Made by a program: the position numbers and the translations under genes. From IMG/VR virus record IMGVR_UViG_3300007276_000069, positions 1 to 50,601 of that record: 50,601 nt of DNA; one strand, 5' to 3'. Every line of letters begins with the position of its first letter. Within the stretch, counting starts at the first letter, position 1. This stretch comes from a virus. Taxonomy: Duplodnaviria; Caudoviricetes. Below the pieces are notes generated by a model. It made no database searches, had not been told where the DNA came from, and saw only the letters and a program-made list of their open reading frames with translations. This document shows positions 47,212-50,601 of the stretch, in pieces.

Positions 47212-47950
47212 AGTACGATACCTTTTTATAATAAATTTAATTTCAGCAGTTTTACTTTTTAATTTTGTTGATTTTACATTTTCCGCCATACTTTTAAGTT
47301 TGCTTATGTATTTTTTGTATGACTGTCTTGGAATTGTAGTAACTAATCATAGGTATTGGGCGCATAAAAGCTTTAAATTTAAGAGCAGGGGTATAAAATA
47401 TTTATTTTCTACTCTTGCATTATTATCAGGCACCGGAAGCTCATTAGGCTGGGCAGGAATACATATAATCCACCACAAACATTCTGATAGTGGAGAGGAT
47501 GATCCGCACGACCCTTCGCGTGGGTTTATCAAGATGTTGTTTTTAAGGTACTCGCTAAATGAAATGAAGATGGTTAGACAAGCACTACCACTATCCCGCG
47601 ATCCTTATATTAAATACACTAATAGATATTGGGTTTTAATTATTACAACGTATGTTGGATTGCTTTTATTGTTAGGGGGGTTTCAACTCTTATATTTTAT
47701 GTTTATTATACCCTCTGTTTTAGTAATGTTAGTACAGGCGCTTACAAACTACGTAAACCATCTTGATGTGGGCTATAAAAATCACACTATTAAAGATAAC
47801 TCATGTAATTGTGTATGGTTGTCTCTAATTAATTGGGGAGAGGGGTGGCATAACAATCACCACGCTAATCCAGCAAAAAGCAATCTTCGTGAAAAATGGT
47901 GGGAAGTAGACATCTCAGGAATGATTATAGACGTTATTAAGGCTAGGTAA
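47192..47950 (+). CDS. Membrane fatty-acid desaturase (delta-9/DesC-like)
   Basis: Three His boxes HRYWAH, HIIHH(KHSD), GEGWHNNHH; TM helices; DPHDP. Confidence 0.9.
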   Translation: MSASLNKVRYLFIINLISAVLLFNFVDFTFSAILLSLLMYFLYDCLGIVVTNHRYWAHKSFKFKSRGIKYLFSTLALLSGTGSSLGWAGIHIIHHKHSDSGEDDPHDPSRGFIKMLFLRYSLNEMKMVRQALPLSRDPYIKYTNRYWVLIITTYVGLLLLLGGFQLLYFMFIIPSVLVMLVQALTNYVNHLDVGYKNHTIKDNSCNCVWLSLINWGEGWHNNHHANPAKSNLREKWWEVDISGMIIDVIKAR

Positions 47951-47952
47951 TT

Positions 47953-49350
47953 ATGGAAATAACACAAGATCAATTTACAGCTAACCTAGAGCAGATGCCT
48001 GAAGGGGCGCAGGTGCAGGTTGTACAGCTAATAGAGCAGAACGAACCTCCTGTACTACAAGCGTTTGCTGCTAGCTTGGGTGTCACCCTTTCGATGGGTG
48101 AAGAGCCAATGGCAGAGGAGCCAATGCCGCAGGAGCAACCTTCTGTGCTTGATGAAGTAATGGCAGAAGAGCCGGTAGCACCAGAGGAACCTGCCCCGGT
48201 AGAGGCACCTCTGCCAGAAGCGTCTCCCATGCAGGACCAGATGCAACAGTTAGCCCTTGGTGATCAGGTAGCAGGTATGATTGATCAGCCGGGTGCAGAA
48301 GATCAGACAGGTGTGGCTGATGATGTACCCATGAAGGCAAGAGAAGGCGCATTTATTGTAAACGCAGCCGCTATTGCAAAGGTGGGTAAAAAGGACTTTG
48401 AAGAGCGTATCATTGAACCTGCTATTGAATACCTAAAAGAAAAAGAAGGTATAGAGGTAGATAAGGGTACTATTACAAGGCCAGCACAGCAGGTAAAAGG
48501 CGATCAGCAAATACTTGCCTCAAATAAAGAGTATCACATTCCTCCAGAGTTAGCGGAAGTAATAGGCACAGACCTGCTTGAAAAGATTAACAAGCGTGGT
48601 GAGGCAGAGACAGAGAAGAAGCTAGAAGAGCAAGAGCAGCAGCCCCAGCAGCAACAGCAACAGGACTTTGCACAGAAGCAAGTTCCTGTTAGGGCTGCGA
48701 AAGGGACGCAAGTACGTAAAAAAAAAGCTAGTTCAAAAGAAATAGATATGCTTGCAAGGCTTTTAATTTCTGAAGCTGGCGGTGAAGGTAAAGAAGGTAT
48801 GCAAGTTGTAGCTAATGTTGTTGGAAACAGGTTATTTGATAGAAAAACAAATTTTGTGGCTCAAGATAGTTATCAGAAAGTAATTAGTGCAGACCTTCCT
48901 AGCAAAAAAGGCAAAGAGTTTACAGGCTATGACAATGATAACTATAAAGATGCCCCACAACATCCTAAATGGAAAGAAGCTTTAGATTTAGCTGAAAGAC
49001 AAATAGCAGGAAGTTTAGATGATGTAACTGAGGGCGCAACTTTTTACAGAAATAAAAATATTAAACCCGGAAAAGAGGGTTCAACTGCACAAGGACAAGA
49101 GTTTTTTGATAAACGGGTTGCTAGTGGAAGATTTGAAATATTTAAAACAATAGGCGGTCATACTATTTATAAAGATAAAGATTCTTCTACTTATATTAAA
49201 AATGCTATACCCCGACCCAAAAGAAAACCCGCTCCCCCAGCGCAGCAAACACAAAACAGTTTTATGGGGTCTGCTCCCCCCATAGGTTCTCCTGAAGATG
49301 AAAGGGAGAATCAAATAGCAAGAGAGCAACTTGAAGCAGCCACCCGTTGA
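47953..49350 (+). CDS. Virion-associated protein with SleB/Hydrolase_2-like cell-wall hydrolase domain
   Basis: LARLLISEAGGE..GMQVVANVVGNR, DVTEGATFY, IGGHTIY; N-terminal ADDVPM...GAFIVNA domain. Confidence 0.75.
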   Translation: MEITQDQFTANLEQMPEGAQVQVVQLIEQNEPPVLQAFAASLGVTLSMGEEPMAEEPMPQEQPSVLDEVMAEEPVAPEEPAPVEAPLPEASPMQDQMQQLALGDQVAGMIDQPGAEDQTGVADDVPMKAREGAFIVNAAAIAKVGKKDFEERIIEPAIEYLKEKEGIEVDKGTITRPAQQVKGDQQILASNKEYHIPPELAEVIGTDLLEKINKRGEAETEKKLEEQEQQPQQQQQQDFAQKQVPVRAAKGTQVRKKKASSKEIDMLARLLISEAGGEGKEGMQVVANVVGNRLFDRKTNFVAQDSYQKVISADLPSKKGKEFTGYDNDNYKDAPQHPKWKEALDLAERQIAGSLDDVTEGATFYRNKNIKPGKEGSTAQGQEFFDKRVASGRFEIFKTIGGHTIYKDKDSSTYIKNAIPRPKRKPAPPAQQTQNSFMGSAPPIGSPEDERENQIAREQLEAATR

Positions 49351-49508
49351 TACAACGGCCCTGCTAGACTAACCCAACTGCGGCTACCCCTTAGAGGCCC
49401 CGCAAGGAGGAAAAATGAAAACCCAAGAACAGGAAAATCTAGGCCCCTATCGTGGCAAGTACCGCTCTGACTTACAGGACGATGCACAAAACGAACAGGC
49501 TACCCTAG
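49336..49508 (+). promoter_or_regulatory. Triple RNA internal-loop motif around the scaffold RBS
   Basis: Three helices, each with a G-CYAC-CC / GG-CC-C internal loop. Confidence 0.65.
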
Positions 49509-50251
49509 AAGATAGTGAAATTGAAAGCGAGGTTGTTGATGATGAAACCATTTCCGTCTCTACAGAAATAAAGACGGAGGAGCATGACTACAAAAAACGC
49601 TATGATGATCTCAAGAAGCACTACGACTCCAAACTCTACGAGTGGAAGGAGGAGCGCGAAGAGCTTCTACAAAAGCCGCAGCCTATGCAGGAATACCCTG
49701 AAGAGAATGCGGACATTGAAAACTTTAAAGAGAACTATCCTGACGTTTATAATGTAGTTGAGGCTATGACTACTAAAAATTCTGCAAAAGAAGTTCAAGA
49801 ACTTAAACAAGAGATAGAACGTCTTTCACAGAAAGAAGAGCAGTTACAAGCTAAAAGTGCTTACCAAGCGTTGTTAGCCCTGCATCCAGACTTCTCTGAT
49901 ATCAAGAAGTCAGACCAGTTTAAAGAATGGTTAGGAAAGCAGCCACCCAACATTGCTGATGGAATCACCAAAAACAACAACGATGTTCAGTACGCTTCTC
50001 GCGTTCTAGATTTGTACAAAGCCGATACAGGCAGTGCAAAAAAAACTAGAGGTCGTCCCTCCAAGAAACAGTTAGAAGCCGCAGCAGAGGCTGTTACTCG
50101 GACTAGTCCGGTTAATGTCTCTACAGATAGCGGTGGTAACAAGAAAGTGTGGACAACCTCAGAGATACGTAAACTCAAACCGCATGACTTTGACAGGCTT
50201 GAAGCAGAGCTAGATCAGGCGAATGCGGAGGGTCGTATCGTTAATGGCTAA
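49415..50251 (+). CDS. Capsid scaffolding protein
   Basis: Acidic coiled coil, YKKRYDDLK, HPDF, C-terminal AEGRI; immediately before the capsid gene. Confidence 0.75.
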   Translation: MKTQEQENLGPYRGKYRSDLQDDAQNEQATLEDSEIESEVVDDETISVSTEIKTEEHDYKKRYDDLKKHYDSKLYEWKEEREELLQKPQPMQEYPEENADIENFKENYPDVYNVVEAMTTKNSAKEVQELKQEIERLSQKEEQLQAKSAYQALLALHPDFSDIKKSDQFKEWLGKQPPNIADGITKNNNDVQYASRVLDLYKADTGSAKKTRGRPSKKQLEAAAEAVTRTSPVNVSTDSGGNKKVWTTSEIRKLKPHDFDRLEAELDQANAEGRIVNG

Positions 50252-50274
50252 ACTTATATAGAAAGGTTAAGGAA

Positions 50275-50601
50275 ATGGCTGTTGGTGTATCCTCCGGTTA
50301 CGGTAATCTTCCGTCCGGTAATTTCCAAGCCGAAATCTATAGCCAGAAGGTTCTCAAGTTTTTCCGCCGTGCGTCAGTTGTAGAAGATATTACTAACACT
50401 GACTATGCGGGGGAGATTGAGAATTTCGGTGACACGGTTCGCATTATGAAAGAACCCACTGTCTCGATTTCAGCGTATACCCGTGGTGCTGTGGTTACTC
50501 CGCAGGACTTGGCAGACGATGAAATTCAATTGACTGTAGATCAGGCTCAAGCGTTTGCGTTCAAGGTAGATGATATCGAAGAACGTCAATCGCACGTTAA
50601 C
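50275..50601 (+). CDS. Major capsid protein, 3'-truncated
   Basis: MAVGVSSGYGNLPSGNFQAEIYSQKVLKFFRRASVVEDITNTDYAGEIENFGDTVRI. Confidence 0.85.
   Translation, partial: MAVGVSSGYGNLPSGNFQAEIYSQKVLKFFRRASVVEDITNTDYAGEIENFGDTVRIMKEPTVSISAYTRGAVVTPQDLADDEIQLTVDQAQAFAFKVDDIEERQSHVN

Larger units (their letters stand above)
1..50601. mobile_element. Near-complete tailed phage genome (podovirus-like, HMO-2011/pelagiphage-related); both window edges fall inside structural genes
   Basis: Terminase, portal, scaffold, capsid, tail fibre, spanins, primase, helicase, PolA and RNR in dense operons; no host housekeeping genes. Confidence 0.95.

Overview
The window is most of one tailed-phage genome, apparently a marine podovirus of the HMO-2011/pelagiphage-like lineage. 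The evidence for that lineage is a family-A DNA polymerase with a DnaJ-type CXXCXGXG zinc finger, a class II RNR, and no phage RNA polymerase or integrase in the window. GcrA-like and Usg-like genes suggest an alphaproteobacterial host (inference). Layout: tail, internal-virion and lysis genes (+, 1-18.0 kb); replication and nucleotide metabolism (-, 18.0-29.1 kb); small accessory/early-type genes (+, 29.2-34.8 kb); a non-coding candidate genome end (~34.9-35.4 kb); then packaging and head genes (+, 36.3 kb to the end, cut inside the major capsid gene). The strongest unexplained signals are at the RNA level: (i) a two-hairpin RNA at 32.56-32.65 kb whose first loop is the exact 13-nt complement of the upstream denV-like gene's RBS; (ii) a promoter-proximal tRNA-shaped RNA without an anticodon loop at 31.75-31.87 kb; (iii) three copies of one CYAC/CC internal-loop motif around the scaffold gene start. 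Other points of interest: three dispersed PP-loop ATPases (two clear paralogues, one with a 1-nt frameshift), a split DNA polymerase, a fatty-acid desaturase inside the head module, a metallothionein-like gene, and a gene overprinted on the portal 3' end. All family calls come from recognising motifs by eye; no searches were run.
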